Program-made: the position numbers and the translations under genes
Assembly (NCBI GenBank): GCA_964016885.1
Contig: OZ024762.1
Coordinates: forward strand, 26,474,001 to 26,538,000
Source: Eledone cirrhosa
Lineage: Eukaryota
Direction: 5' to 3'
Length of the DNA: 64,000 nucleotides
In this document: positions 41,660-55,099 of the stretch, in pieces
Layout of the letters: each line of letters starts with the position of its first letter
How positions within the stretch are numbered: the stretch's first letter is position 1
Notes under the pieces: model-generated
What the model was told of the DNA's origin: nothing
The model's database searches: none
What the model saw: only the letters and a program-made list of their open reading frames with translations

Positions 41660-44070
41660 TATGTAAAATAAAGTAAGATGGATATATGAGATTGAGAAAC
41701 AAATGAGGAGGGTAGGAAAAGGTAAGGAAGAGGAAGATAGAAAATAAAGGATGGTGGGGGAGAGTATAAGAAGGAAGGATGATAGAGGAGGAGAAATGAG
41801 TGATAGAGAGAGAGAGAAATAGCCTTTACAACTGAGAAAACTTTGTCTCACAGAGAGAAATTAAAAAACCATTGGGAGATAATAGATAATTTAAAAAGAT
41901 TTTGAAATTAAAAGTTAATGAGGTTTATGGATGTTGATGTCTGTGATTGAAGAAAAAGGAATTAGGAATAGTATTAATTTAGGTTTATATATTGAAGGGT
42001 TTAATAATATGTGCGAAAAAAAAGAGTTTATTAATATGTATTATTAAAATAAAAAAGATTAAGGATATTAAGGATATAATGTGAAAGAAGGAGAAGAATA
42101 AATGAATTATGAACTTAGAGGAATTAGTTAGGGTTTAAGTTTGTTTTTATGTATTGTAATATGTAAAAGTAAATAATAGGTTTAAAACGAGCATGGAAGG
42201 AGAGAAGAATAAAAGAGAATTTAAGGAAGAAAACATATTTAACGTCAAAACGTATATATGTTTATAAACATTTTCTAATGGTAATATTATTATATATTAA
42301 AAAATATATAGTTTCTATGGCCAATAATATGATAAAAAATGGAAAAATGGAAAATGCTGTAGTGAGTAATAATATGAATTGAGAAGTAATTGGGAAGTAA
42401 AAGTTACAGATTAAAGATTAGAAATTAAAAAAGAAAAAAAGGAAGAAAGGGAAAAGGATAAAAAGAAGAAAGATAGGAGATCACAACGACATAGAGTGAG
42501 TAAATTGTATAATATAATATACTGAAATAAGGTAGAAAGATGGATATATTTGTAAACGATATATAGCCTTTGAGAAAAGAAGATTTTAAACTAATTAGGT
42601 TTTGAGATATTAGCTGTATATTTTATGGAATGTTCTATGGGATTTATGCAAGCAGAGCGAATATAAATCCGTACGTCTATTTATTATAGAATTAAAATTA
42701 GATATAATGGTAAATTTCTCGGCTAGGCAGAGATTACATGGGAAGGATAGGGAAGAATTCAGGTAAGGAAAGATGTTGCAAAACTTTCTCCAATAGATGT
42801 TATAGTTAATATGTTTGTCTTTTAAGGACCATATGAGTTCCGAGAGTGTCGTGTTAGTTCTTTTAAGTTGGTATTTTAAAGACGATTTGTGATTATAAAA
42901 TCTTGCATTAAAGGAAGTGGAAGTGGAACCGAAATAGGTAAAAGAATTAGTACCAGTTATAACCTTACATTCATACACTAAGTTTTTATCAAGACATTGG
43001 TTATTAAGAGGAAATTTAGTTCTAACAGGGCAATTACAATTACGATTAGAGAAATTAACAGAGTTATTAACAAGTGACCTATTATTCTTTATAGAAGGAA
43101 TTGGTTTGGAGAAGTTATTTACGATAGGAAATATAGTTTCCTGATTTAGATTGGTATTATGAACATTCAACGAAGTTACGTTTGACGTCGTATTTAAATT
43201 TACTGAATCTAACCTAGAGTTAACATTGACGTCGGGTATACTACTGCTATTATTATGACGCTCAGTGTTGGATGTATGTACTTTATTACTTAATATGTTA
43301 TTATTGTGTTTAGAGATAATGTTAGAGATGTTGGAAGTGGTGGAATAAGAGAATTTGATTGTATGTTTGTTAATGATTTTACTATAGATATGCGAGGGAG
43401 GGAAGCATTTATGTAAGGCCCTAAAGAATAGTTTAGGAATATTATTAGTGATAGATAGAGAAAAAGGAGCATTATACCAAATCATATTTTTGTATCTAGG
43501 TCTTTTATTTAAGTTATTGGAATGTTCATAATTAACTATTTTACTATAAGTCCTTCGATGATTGATTTCTTTACTGTATTTAATTTTATCAGGATAGCCG
43601 GCTTTGGAAAGCACATTTTTATAGTAATTGGCATTAGCGTCGAAGATAACTTTATTAGAGGATAGATTTGAGATTATCTTTTCAATATTACTGACTATAG
43701 CATTTTCAACGTTAGTGGGGTGGTTAGATTTAAAATTAACATAATTTAGATTCCCATTGTTTTTATGGTAAGGGTAATATAGGCCAGTGTCAAGATTAAG
43801 GGATATATCCAAGAAGTTATCTAGTTTGACGTTGTTATCAAATTCAATTTTAAGGTTATGGTGCTTAAATAGATCAAGTATATTGTTCTTAATAATTGTT
43901 TCAACTTTTGGCACAAGGCCAGCAATTAAACAGTGCATTACTGGTACTTTATTTTATCGACCCCGTAAGGATGAAAGGCAAATAATATTAAGGTTAACTA
44001 AATTACAGTTTAAGACAGTAAAAAGGGCATCGTCACGATAAATTCCACCGCGAAGTTGAGGAATTTTCCG
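41660..44070 (-). mobile_element. Penelope-like element, 5'-truncated (RT C-terminal part plus GIY-YIG), with SINE insertion
   Basis: GGIYRDDAL at about 44022-44050, NFLDISLNL, CNC..FPLNNQC, LVY, YFGSTSTSFNARFYNH, CNLCLAEK. Long 3' region. Confidence 0.85.
43893..43982 (-). mobile_element. 5'-truncated SINE inside PLE RT
   Basis: Reverse complement of the SINE 3' half; supplies the [15 protein letters not shown] start of ORF 42610..43938. Confidence 0.85.
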
Positions 44071-44975
44071 ATTTAAATATATATATATATTAGGTTATGC
44101 AAGAAATGCTTAGGATTATCGTGAATGCAGTAATGGTTAATTACTGCACTAGATAGAGTCGACGTATATATATATATATTTATTACTACATATATATAGA
44201 CCATTTTCATTTTAACTTCCTTCCTTAAATTTCTCACACTACTTCCTGAAGAAAGACTTCTGTCCGTAACGTTGAAACCTTCTCCAATTGATCGAAGCGT
44301 AAACCTGAAATAACTTTGTAAAATTACGTCCCGTGTTTTGTTCGTTTCGTTTATTATTATATGTATATACCTGTGTACATTTATCCATACACACTCACAT
44401 ACACACATACACACACACACAGACACACACACATATATATATAAATATGTATATATATATATACACATATATATATATATACATATATATATATATGTAT
44501 ATATATAAATTTATATATATATGTGTGTATGTGTGTATATATACATACATATATATACTTACATATAGATATGCTTGTATATATATATATATATAACATA
44601 CATCTATCTATACATAAATGCATATATATATACATATACATATACATATATATATATGTGTGTGTGTGTTTGTGTTTATACGTACCTGTACATATATGTA
44701 TACATAGATATGTGTATGTATGCGTGTGCGAGTATCTGTGTGTTTGCGTATGTGTACCGTATGTTTTTTTATGAAAACAACCGTGGCCTCGAATCACTAA
44801 GTAAAGTAAACTAAGTAACTACACCACAGGGGAGATAAAACCTTTAGAGAAACCACTTTGCTTTTCACAGCGAGGCGAAATTTCATTTCTATTAAAAATC
44901 TATGCCTTACATTTTGAATGACCTATAAATATAATGCACTATTAAACAAATCAATTAGTTTATAAGTGTAAGTGC

Positions 44976-45034
<59 letters not shown>

Positions 45035-45145
45035 TATATGTATACCGGGTCTCCCAAAAATGTATACACATTATTATTATTATTAGAATGGTGTCGAAGT
45101 GTGTATACATTGTTTGGGATACCCTGTGTGTGTATATATATATTC

Positions 45146-45179
<34 letters not shown>

Positions 45180-45189
45180 ATATATATAT

Positions 45190-45275
<86 letters not shown>

Positions 45276-45285
45276 ATATATATAT

Positions 45286-45345
<60 letters not shown>

Positions 45346-45357
45346 ATATATATATAT

Positions 45358-45416
<59 letters not shown>

Positions 45417-46209
45417 CTTGGACTGTTGAAGTGAACAGACGTGTTTCTATTGCTCTCTACAAAGTCAGTATCCAGCTACCCAGCTTTAAAGCCTATTTGA
45501 CCGAACATATATATGTATATATATTTGTAACCACGTGCTTTTCCTACCATCTCGTAAGTACGTTTTCATAACTACAGATTATTATATACATTCGTTTTTC
45601 TCTTAATATCTTCAAACAACCAAATAACCCAAAACTTTTAACAGCCTTAAACAACCAAATAACCAAATCTCACATCCATAAAAGAGAATACACATCTATA
45701 TATATACGCTACCTTAATATCTTCAAATAACCAAAGGCTCACTCACATAAGGAAAAAAAAGTATATACAAATACACGTGCTCTCCCTTCAAACTCGCAAG
45801 TAAGTCTTCTTAACTACAAACTATTATATACACTTTTTTTTCCTTGGATATCTTCAAACAACCAAATGACCAAAAACTATTAAGATCCTCAAACAACCAA
45901 ATTCACATCCATAGGAGAGAATATATATATATACACGATTCTTTAATTTCATCAAATAATATTATATACACCCGTTTTTTCAAATATTATATACACTCGT
46001 TTTTCCTTGGATATCTTCAAACAACAAATAACCAAAAACTATTAACATCCTCAAACAACCAAACTCACACCCATAAGAGAGAAAATATATATATATATAC
46101 GCGATTCTTTAATTTCTTCAAATAACCAAAGTCTCACTAACGTATCAAATAACAAATATCTTAAAACGCACACAAGGATAATAATAATTTAAAAAAAAAA
46201 AGAAAAAAT

Positions 46210-47088
46210 ATGACTACTGACCAGCAAACCCACAACGGACGAAATTGGTTTGAAAATGAAATTGACCCCTTACTAAACACATGGTTTTCTCTGTCACAAA
46301 CATCAAACATTAACGCGTCATGTCTGAATGAAATTGATGAAAAAACAGCCCAAACATTTACGACGAGGTCTGCTAAGCAGATATACAACAAATTAAAACA
46401 CATCGAAGTCTCTTTCAAACAAATTCAAAACCCTTTTGAAAAACTTCGACATATTTACTCTAATGGACAAACACAACAACAACAACAACAACAGCCAGAA
46501 AGCCAGGACCAACCACTACTGAATTCAAGCATCGCTGAACAACTAAATGACTGTATCACTCAGCCATCATTATCGCCATCACCATCACCACCGTCACCAT
46601 CTCCTGCCACACCTACACCTTCTGCCACACCAATTGCTAGTAATGGACCACTGCCCTCTCTCCCACCACAGTTGTCATCATCATCATCATCACCACCAAT
46701 GCTTTCTTTCCCCACATCACCACCACAACCATGCCATAGTCAAAAGAACTATAAAAAGAAAAGTTCTATGGAGCTGTATGCACCTCCCACTACACATACT
46801 AGAAACCCCCAAATATGCCGCTACTCACTACGTCAGAGGCTATGCACACGTAGCGACTGTACATTTACCCATTTACCGGGTACTAGGCGCACTAACGCTG
46901 CCAGCCATCACCAAAGCACGCTGCCCGCACGTATAGGTCGCAGTCCCAAAATCTGCCAAAATTCCAAACGTGAGAGGCTGTGTCTGCTGACTGACTGTCC
47001 CTTCACTCATCTTCCTGGGACACAATGCACGAACAGAAAAGGGGCTTCATGCCAACCCACAAACCACAATAAAGCCACCCCCTGCTGA
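46210..47088 (+). CDS. LINE ORF1 with two CCCH zinc-finger repeats
   Basis: CRYSLRQRLCTRSDCTFTHLPGT and CQNSKRERLCLLTDCPFTHLPGT (C-x8-C-x4-C-x3-H). Confidence 0.7.
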   Translation: MTTDQQTHNGRNWFENEIDPLLNTWFSLSQTSNINASCLNEIDEKTAQTFTTRSAKQIYNKLKHIEVSFKQIQNPFEKLRHIYSNGQTQQQQQQQPESQDQPLLNSSIAEQLNDCITQPSLSPSPSPPSPSPATPTPSATPIASNGPLPSLPPQLSSSSSSPPMLSFPTSPPQPCHSQKNYKKKSSMELYAPPTTHTRNPQICRYSLRQRLCTRSDCTFTHLPGTRRTNAASHHQSTLPARIGRSPKICQNSKRERLCLLTDCPFTHLPGTQCTNRKGASCQPTNHNKATPC

Positions 47089-47439
47089 GGTAATGCTGCT
47101 CCAGTCTCCTCACAAAGACATGATTACAACGACAACAAATACAACAACAACAAAAATAACGCTGCTCCAGTCTTTTCACAAAGACACAATTACAACAAAT
47201 ACAACAACAACAACAAAAGAGGGAACTGCAACCCTATCCAATGTTGTAACCACAAATCCAATCAAAAACTGCTCCCTGAACAAAAAAGAATCTTTCTTTT
47301 TTAGCCATGAACCTGGCAAAAGAGATAGAGAAAAACATTTTAGCCATCACCCAACACTATCCTTGCTGTCACTAACACACAATCACAAAACAAGCCCCCT
47401 GCAACAGTAAAAACCAGCCACCACACTAGCCACCACATT

Positions 47440-50366
47440 CTTACTCAATACACAAGGTATCAGCCCATCCAACAATGCACAGAAATGGAAGATCCAATTC
47501 ATTGAGGATTGGGTTGGTAACCATCTATTTCACACCCCCTTCTTCATTCTTACTGAGACCCACCTTGACAACTCCCACTTGGAGGCCGAAGTAAGAGTGA
47601 GAAATTTCACAACCATCCGTGCGGATCGTGTTGGCAGAAGGAAGGGTGGAATTGCCATTTTCCTGCATGATTCCTTTACGGCAGATGGCAACACAACATT
47701 CTCTAATGGATACTGTGAATCAGTCACTGTGCACAATAAAGCCAATGACCTGACATTAGTTGGGCTCTATAGGCCGCCACAAACACCCATAATCTGTTTC
47801 AAAGAATGCCTCAACATTATTAAATGCTTTATCAAACAGTGCCATTCTAGCAACATACTTTTGATGGGAGTCTTTAATCTACCCTGTGTCGATTGGTCTA
47901 CATGTAGTTTGAAACCAGGCTCCACGGCCTCAACCACTGACAAAGAGGCTGTCGAGTCACTTCTTGACTTCATGAATGAGTTTTTCTTGTCTCAACTTGT
48001 CCTTGCACGAACGAGGCATCAGAAGAACATTCTGGATCTAGTGTTTAGTAACCACACTAACACTATACATAATATTACAGTGGAAAAAACCCTTCTCTCA
48101 GACCATGACATGGTTCTTTGTAACCTGAGAGTCCACCAGCCGAAAGCTAATCCCAGGGTCCTCTCTCCAGCACACCCATTTGATAACATGGATCTCTACA
48201 ATGCCAACTGGGATGCAATTATGAACGAACTATCACATGTCGACTGGTCTTTTACACACGCACACACTTCCACCAACATCAAAACATCTTGGCAGATCTT
48301 TGTAGACACACTGTACCAAATATATGTACAAAACACACCCCACCAAAACCTGTGAAAAAAACCAAGTGCAGTATCCCCCAAAACAGAAAAACAATTATCA
48401 GAAAAATAAAAAGAACAAACAAAAAAATTAACACACTAAAATACTGCCAATAGCAACACACGCATTCAATGGCTATCACCCTGCTTGAGTCAACACAATA
48501 TAACCTCCAGCAATGCATGAAGACCATCATCAATAACCAAAGAATAGCTGAAGAGTGGTGGGCTATTGAGAAAATCAAACTCAACCGCAAAGTGTTCTTC
48601 TGATTCGCTAAAAAACACAAGGTCACCGTCTCCACTGATGGCCCCCTAGTTGAAAATGGCAGACTCCAGGACAATGCCAAAACCATGGGCGAGATACTGC
48701 AGAAACAATACTTCTGTTTTCAGCAATCACGATATGGCCGATCTGGGCCGTATCAGTGATATTAACCCCCAACACACTATATCAGACATAACGTTTGGCG
48801 CCCATGATGTCTTAGCGGCAATAAACGAAATTAAACACAATTCAGCAGTAGGCCCCGACAGGTTCCCTGCTTGTGTCCTGAATGTGTGTCGACACCAACT
48901 TGCAACTCCTCTTGCTAATCTGTGGAGGAACTCACTGGACACTGGCTACATTCCTGAAAACTTTCTGTCCCAGTCCGTGGTCCCAGTCTTCAAAAAGGGA
49001 AATAAGTCCCTTGCAGTGAACTACCGTCCGATCTCACTCACCTCTCATATTATCAAGGTATTTGAGAGGGCGGTGAGATCACGAATAACCGACTTTCTTG
49101 AAAGCAACGGCCTGCTGAACTCCAACCAATATGGGTTCCGTAATGGAAGGGACTGCCTAACGTAGCTCCTGCATCACGTTTGACGATGTTTTGAGAGCCT
49201 TGGGAGAGGGCTCCAAAACTGATGTCGTCTACCTTGATTTCAGCAAGGCCTTTGACAGGGTTGATCATAAGTTTCTACTGAAAAAACTATCCAATGTTGG
49301 TGTCTCTGGAAGGTTACTACAGTGGATCAAATGTTTCCTGACAGGCAGAATCCAGCATGTTGTAGTCGAAAGAATAAAATCAAGCCCTGCCAAAGTCCGC
49401 AGTGGCGTCCCACAAAGCACTGTGTCGGGCCCACTTCTTTTCATCATCTACATTAATGACATTACTGATATCATCAAACACAGTGACATCAGAATCTTCG
49501 CAGATGATTCCAAGCTCCAAAGGGTCATCCATGAGGTGGGTGACCGGACTAGCCTTCAGTCAGACCTACTGGCTGTTATCCAATGGGCAGAGATGAATAA
49601 TATGCTGTTGAATGAGGATAAATTTTAACTAATCCACTTTGGAAATAAGGATGCTCTGAAACTACCATACTCTCCTCCTTTGGGTGAAACTCTGGTGGCT
49701 TCCAATTACATCAGAGTCCTGGGAGTAATTGTGGACAACAGTATAAGCTGGGCCACTCATATAAACAGCAAAGTTGATATGGCCCGCAGAATGTGTTCCT
49801 GGATTCTCAGAATTTTCCAGTCGAGATATAACCACACTGTTATCCATCCCTTCTCCATTTTTCCCGACCCCACCCTGAATACTGTTGTCCACTGTGGTCA
49901 CCTCACACGAAACAAAGTATCATGAAAGTTGAAGCACCCCAAAGGTCAATTACTAAAAAGATAGTTGGCATGACAGGCCTTGACTATTGGGGGTCGATTA
50001 GAAAAGCTCAAACTTTATTCTCTCCAACGTCGCCGTGAGAGCTACATTATCTGTATGATGTGGAAAATATTCCATCAGCTTAGCCCAAATGATGTTGGCA
50101 TCATCTTTAGTGTACACCCAAGGCTTGGGATCCGTGCTATCTGCCCACGACAAAAATCCCACTCGCTTCACATAACAACAATACGGCACAATTATTTAAC
50201 CTCAATTGGCCCTGCACTCTTTAACATTACACCAAAACACATCAAAGCAGAGACAGAGCCCATCAAGTTCAAGAAGTCTTTGGATAAATTGCTTCAAGAA
50301 ATCCCGGATAAGCCTCCTACACCCGGATATGCCTCCGTAAACAATAACTTCTCGAGTGGGCCATAG
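47440..50366 (+). pseudogene. CR1-type ORF2 (APE-RT), fragmented
   Basis: ORF pieces 47579..48355, 48650..49165, 49191..49628, 49680..49925 and 49980..50366 are collinear LINE ORF2 segments. Confidence 0.88.
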
Positions 50367-50462
50367 TACCCAAACACTGATTTGTAAGACTTCGCCAGGT
50401 GGTGCTAGTAAGATAGACATGGCTTGGGCCAATACTGGCCGAAACCTATCAAAGTTATCATA

Positions 50463-50496
<34 letters not shown>

Positions 50497-50503
<7 letters not shown>

Positions 50504-50845
50504 AGATCAAAAGATGGTTAAAGGAGTTCCATATATTTTATTATGCGCATTTCAAAAACAAACATCATCAAGCAATAATATTTGTGTTTTCATCAGATAA
50601 AACATGTTGATTTAAAACTGCACTATCCACAAGTGTTTTTTACCCTTCATATCATGTTCTCCTGTTTTATCTGATGAAAACACAAATATCATCTTGTTTT
50701 TGAAATGCGCATAATAAAATATATGGAACACCTTTAACCATCTTTTGATCTTATATTATGCATACTCCAGTCCCACAAACTGTAGAGTGCTTCTTATCCG
50801 ATATCTGCATTGCTTTATTGTACTACAATAAAACTCACCTCCTAC
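50497..50845. mobile_element. Short non-coding fold-back element with two oppositely oriented HHRs (50535-50603 -, 50664-50720 +)
   Basis: gttttat-CTGATGA...GAAA-tgcgca-TA-ataaaat on both strands; 7-bp stem I; (TA)n flanks. Confidence 0.78.
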
Positions 50846-50857
50846 ATATATATATAT

Positions 50858-51761
<904 letters not shown>

Positions 51762-51925
51762 AATTAATATATCTACCGACATATGTATACAGATGCATAC
51801 TTATGCTAGCTGATATATATGTTTTGTCTTAGTAACTTTGTGGTTCTATGCAGGGGAATGCAGAACAATTATATGAAAGACGTAAATAAGAAAGTTATGA
51901 AAATTGACTTACTTACTAAAATTTC

Positions 51926-52003
51926 ACTCCAACTAATTAGTTTCTGTAAGGGTTAAATATAGTTATGTAATAACTATAGAGAAGCCTTACGTCATCAGGG
52001 AGT
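51926..52003 (-). ncRNA. Type I HHR motif with extended stem II
   Basis: actcc-CTGATGA-c gtaagg..tatagttat tac ataactata..ccttac a-GAAA-ctaattag-TT-ggagt. Confidence 0.72.
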
Positions 52004-52056
52004 CTGTTCTCAGCTGAGTTACCAGGCAATGCGGGGACACTGGAAACTTATATAAC

Positions 52057-52091
<35 letters not shown>

Positions 52092-52097
52092 GTGTAT

Positions 52098-52712
52098 GTC
52101 ATGTCACCAGTTGGTGATACTGATAACATGTATCCCAGTAAAACCTGTCTCATGGTCGGGTCGTTGGCGACTAAACTGACAACACTATCAAGGTTTCTTG
52201 GCGAGGAGGGTGACTTTGGACACCCTGCAGGACTAAAAACAAAACCTGGCAAAGGGCAAAGGAGCTCTTAAGATTCAATGGCAATACAAAATCACCGGGA
52301 GAGATGACCCCTTAGCCATTGTCGAGGCAGAATTCTAGGAGAAGAAAAACTCTGATATAACACCTGCAACCCTGATGGTATCCACTGATGTTGACTTGTT
52401 CTTCTTTTTGGTAAATATCATCTTGGTTAAGAGAGTGGGACTGGCTTTGTGCAGTGCCTTTGCTCACTATAAAAGCTTCACGGCACAGGCATTGCTTTAT
52501 ATCTGGAGATCTCTCTGCACTTGTCGTCACATGGTACCATGGGCCCAGCACTGTGTCAATAATTGTCACAAGTGTAGTGTTTGTACCAGAGTTTTCAAGT
52601 CGCTGGCTGGACTAAAAAGTCACACTCGTTCAGCGCATCGGTAGGAGTTCTCCTACATGGATATAAAGTAGTGGCCGTACTCGAAAATGAGTTGGCAGCC
52701 ACCATGTATGTA
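52098..52712 (+). mobile_element. Internally deleted RTE-like LINE derivative (5' UTR-like part joined to 3' end)
   Basis: C-terminal C2H2 motif CSVCTRVFKSLAGLKSHTRSAH followed by a stop, then a 3' hairpin and (tgta)n tail. No RT present. Confidence 0.55.
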
Positions 52713-52744
52713 CATATAAATATAAATATATATATATATATGTA

Positions 52745-53214
52745 TTTCGTTTCTGAATTTGTTTAGCAAGATTCTTTATCTGAAATCGTGTGTTGAAACC
52801 GATATTGTTATACTTTGGGAGGGTCATGTTGCCAATAAGAAACACACGCACCAGTTGCTTTCACTTCAATTTAATTTAATATATATTTATAAATTTCTGG
52901 TTGGTTGGTTGGTTCCACAACCAGATAGTTGTTTATATATATATAGTCATAGTTCTTTCGTCACACACTCTGTGACCTCTTCAGTGACTGGGGATTTCTT
53001 TCTTCGTAACGAAGAAAGAAATCCCCAGTCACTGAAGAGGTCACAGAGTGTGTGACGAAAGAACTATGACTATATATATATAAACAACTATCTGGTTGTG
53101 GAACCAACCAACCAACCAGAAATTTATAAATATATATTAAATTAAATTGAAGTGAAAGCAACTGGTGCGTGTGTTTCTTATTGGCAACATGACCCTCCCA
53201 AAGTATAACAATAT
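52745..53214. mobile_element. PLE pseudo-LTR palindrome (206-bp arms 52802-53214, 1-nt spacer) with an HHR on each strand
   Basis: Centre ttcgt-a-acgaa at 53008. Homologous to 11235-11495. Confidence 0.88.
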
Positions 53215-53226
53215 ATATATGTATTT

Positions 53227-53376
<150 letters not shown>

Positions 53377-53391
53377 GTATATATATATATA

Positions 53392-53538
<147 letters not shown>

Positions 53539-53634
53539 GTTTATATATATATATATAAAGTAGAGTCAGTAACTCATATTGAAACCCTGCAATTACCAAG
53601 GTCAACGTATAAATACTGAGCATTATAATATCAG

Positions 53635-53816
53635 GGTCGGTGAATTGGCAGTATCGGTAGAGGGTCAGACATGCTTTCCAGTGTAGTTACGTCCCTTTAC
53701 GATCTGAGTTCAAATTCCGCCGAGGTTAACTTTGCCTTTCCTCCTTACGGGGTCGATAAAATAAAGTACCAGTAATGCACTGGGTAATTGCTGGCCTTGT
53801 GCCAAAAATAGAAACA
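53635..53816 (+). mobile_element. tRNA-derived SINE
   Basis: Same family as 1521-1700; attataatat on both flanks (53622-53631, 53817-53826). Confidence 0.88.
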
Positions 53817-53836
53817 ATTATAATATTAGTTACTAA

Positions 53837-54027
53837 GGTGGTGGATTGGTAGTATCGTAGAGGGTCGGACGCCATACTTTGACGCAAAGACAAAGAGTTA
53901 CGGCCCTTTCCATTCTGAGTTCAAATCCCGCCGATGTCAACTTTGCCTTTAATCCTTACGGGGTCGATGAAATAAAGTACCAGTAATACACTGGGTAATT
54001 GCAGGCCTTGTACCGAAAGTAGAAACA
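53837..54027 (+). mobile_element. tRNA-derived SINE, second tandem copy
   Basis: 20-bp TSD 53817-53836 / 54028-54047 with one mismatch. Confidence 0.88.
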
Positions 54028-54223
54028 ATTATAATATGAGTTACTAACTCTACCTTTTATTTATATTTCGGCTCCCATCCTAGGTGAGATTATAAGTTGT
54101 GTGTATTAGATTATTATTTCTAGCCAATCCACTCACGCCACTTTTGACTTACGGCGCACGTGGTGAAGTATTTATTCATTCGTGTGAATGTCAGCATTAA
54201 GTGTTTGTCGCATTTAATCTGAT

Positions 54224-54305
54224 TCTCTCGCTGATGATGCCCAAGGATTATCTGTTACAAACACACTCAGCGCGAAACAGATTAATCGCTAGTCTGTCCG
54301 GGAGA
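54224..54305 (+). ncRNA. Type I HHR motif with full stem III
   Basis: tctctcg-CTGATGA...GAAA-cagatta atcgc tagtctg-TC-cgggaga. Stem II is poorly formed. Downstream flank is homologous to about 32790-32990 (-). Confidence 0.6.
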
Positions 54306-54429
54306 TGTAATTGTTATTGAGGCGATCTGTATATTTTTCTTACTGTTTCATGGTTAAATATTTCAAACAAACGTTGTTTTCAACTCTCGAAATTTTAAAC
54401 ACATGATTTACTGTGTTTATTACTACATA

Positions 54430-54472
<43 letters not shown>

Positions 54473-54696
54473 TATATAATAAGAAGAAGCGAAGTAGTTT
54501 CAGATGTTAAAGTCCATTATTGATAAGTCTGTGATAGATATTTTCATGACGCGATTCCACGTACCCTGTGCCATGATCTTGTCATAATGAGGTTACGTTT
54601 TCGAGGCAATCCATGTTAAAACGACAAGGAAACGCACGAAGATGATGTTCTTGAATCGGTCGTCCGATAAATATATATATATATATATATATATAA

Positions 54697-54730
<34 letters not shown>

Positions 54731-54736
<6 letters not shown>

Positions 54737-54981
54737 ATATTTGGGGAGGGTCATATTTGCGTAATATTGCCAGAATTAATAACAGAACACACTCACTGTT
54801 TGGTTGGTTTTCGCTTCTCGCTGTCTTTTATATATATATATCTGCGATCTAACCAAACAGTGAGTGTGTTCTGTTATTAATTCTGGCCATATTACGCAAA
54901 TATGACCCTCCCCAAATATAACAATATCTGTTTCGACACACGATTTCATATAAAAAACCTCGCAAAACTAATTCATCGCCG

Positions 54982-54982
<1 letters not shown>
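54731..54982. mobile_element. Short inverted-repeat element sharing the PLE terminus atgaccctccc.aa.tataacaatatc
   Basis: Arms 54731-54805 and 54851-54925. Terminus similar to 11408-11455 and 52745-52830. Confidence 0.7.
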
Positions 54983-55040
<58 letters not shown>

Positions 55041-55099
55041 GGGAGTGTAACTTGGAGTTACTGTAGGTTCACCCAGGTGAGCAGTCGATGTTTAGGTTC

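Larger units (their letters stand above)
45415..50460 (+). mobile_element. CR1-type LINE, near full length but degenerate, inserted in (TA)n
   Basis: Repetitive 5' UTR, ORF1, then APE (LTETHL, GLYRPP, LDLVFSN, SDHDMV) and RT (YRPISLTS, QYGFR, YLDFSKAFDRVDH, SGVPQ, FADD) with several stops and frameshifts. Confidence 0.85.

Noticed and set aside
44241-44300. cttc-CTGAAGA...GAAAC...TC-gaag possible HHR
   Set aside because: Stems II and III do not pair convincingly; at best a decayed copy.
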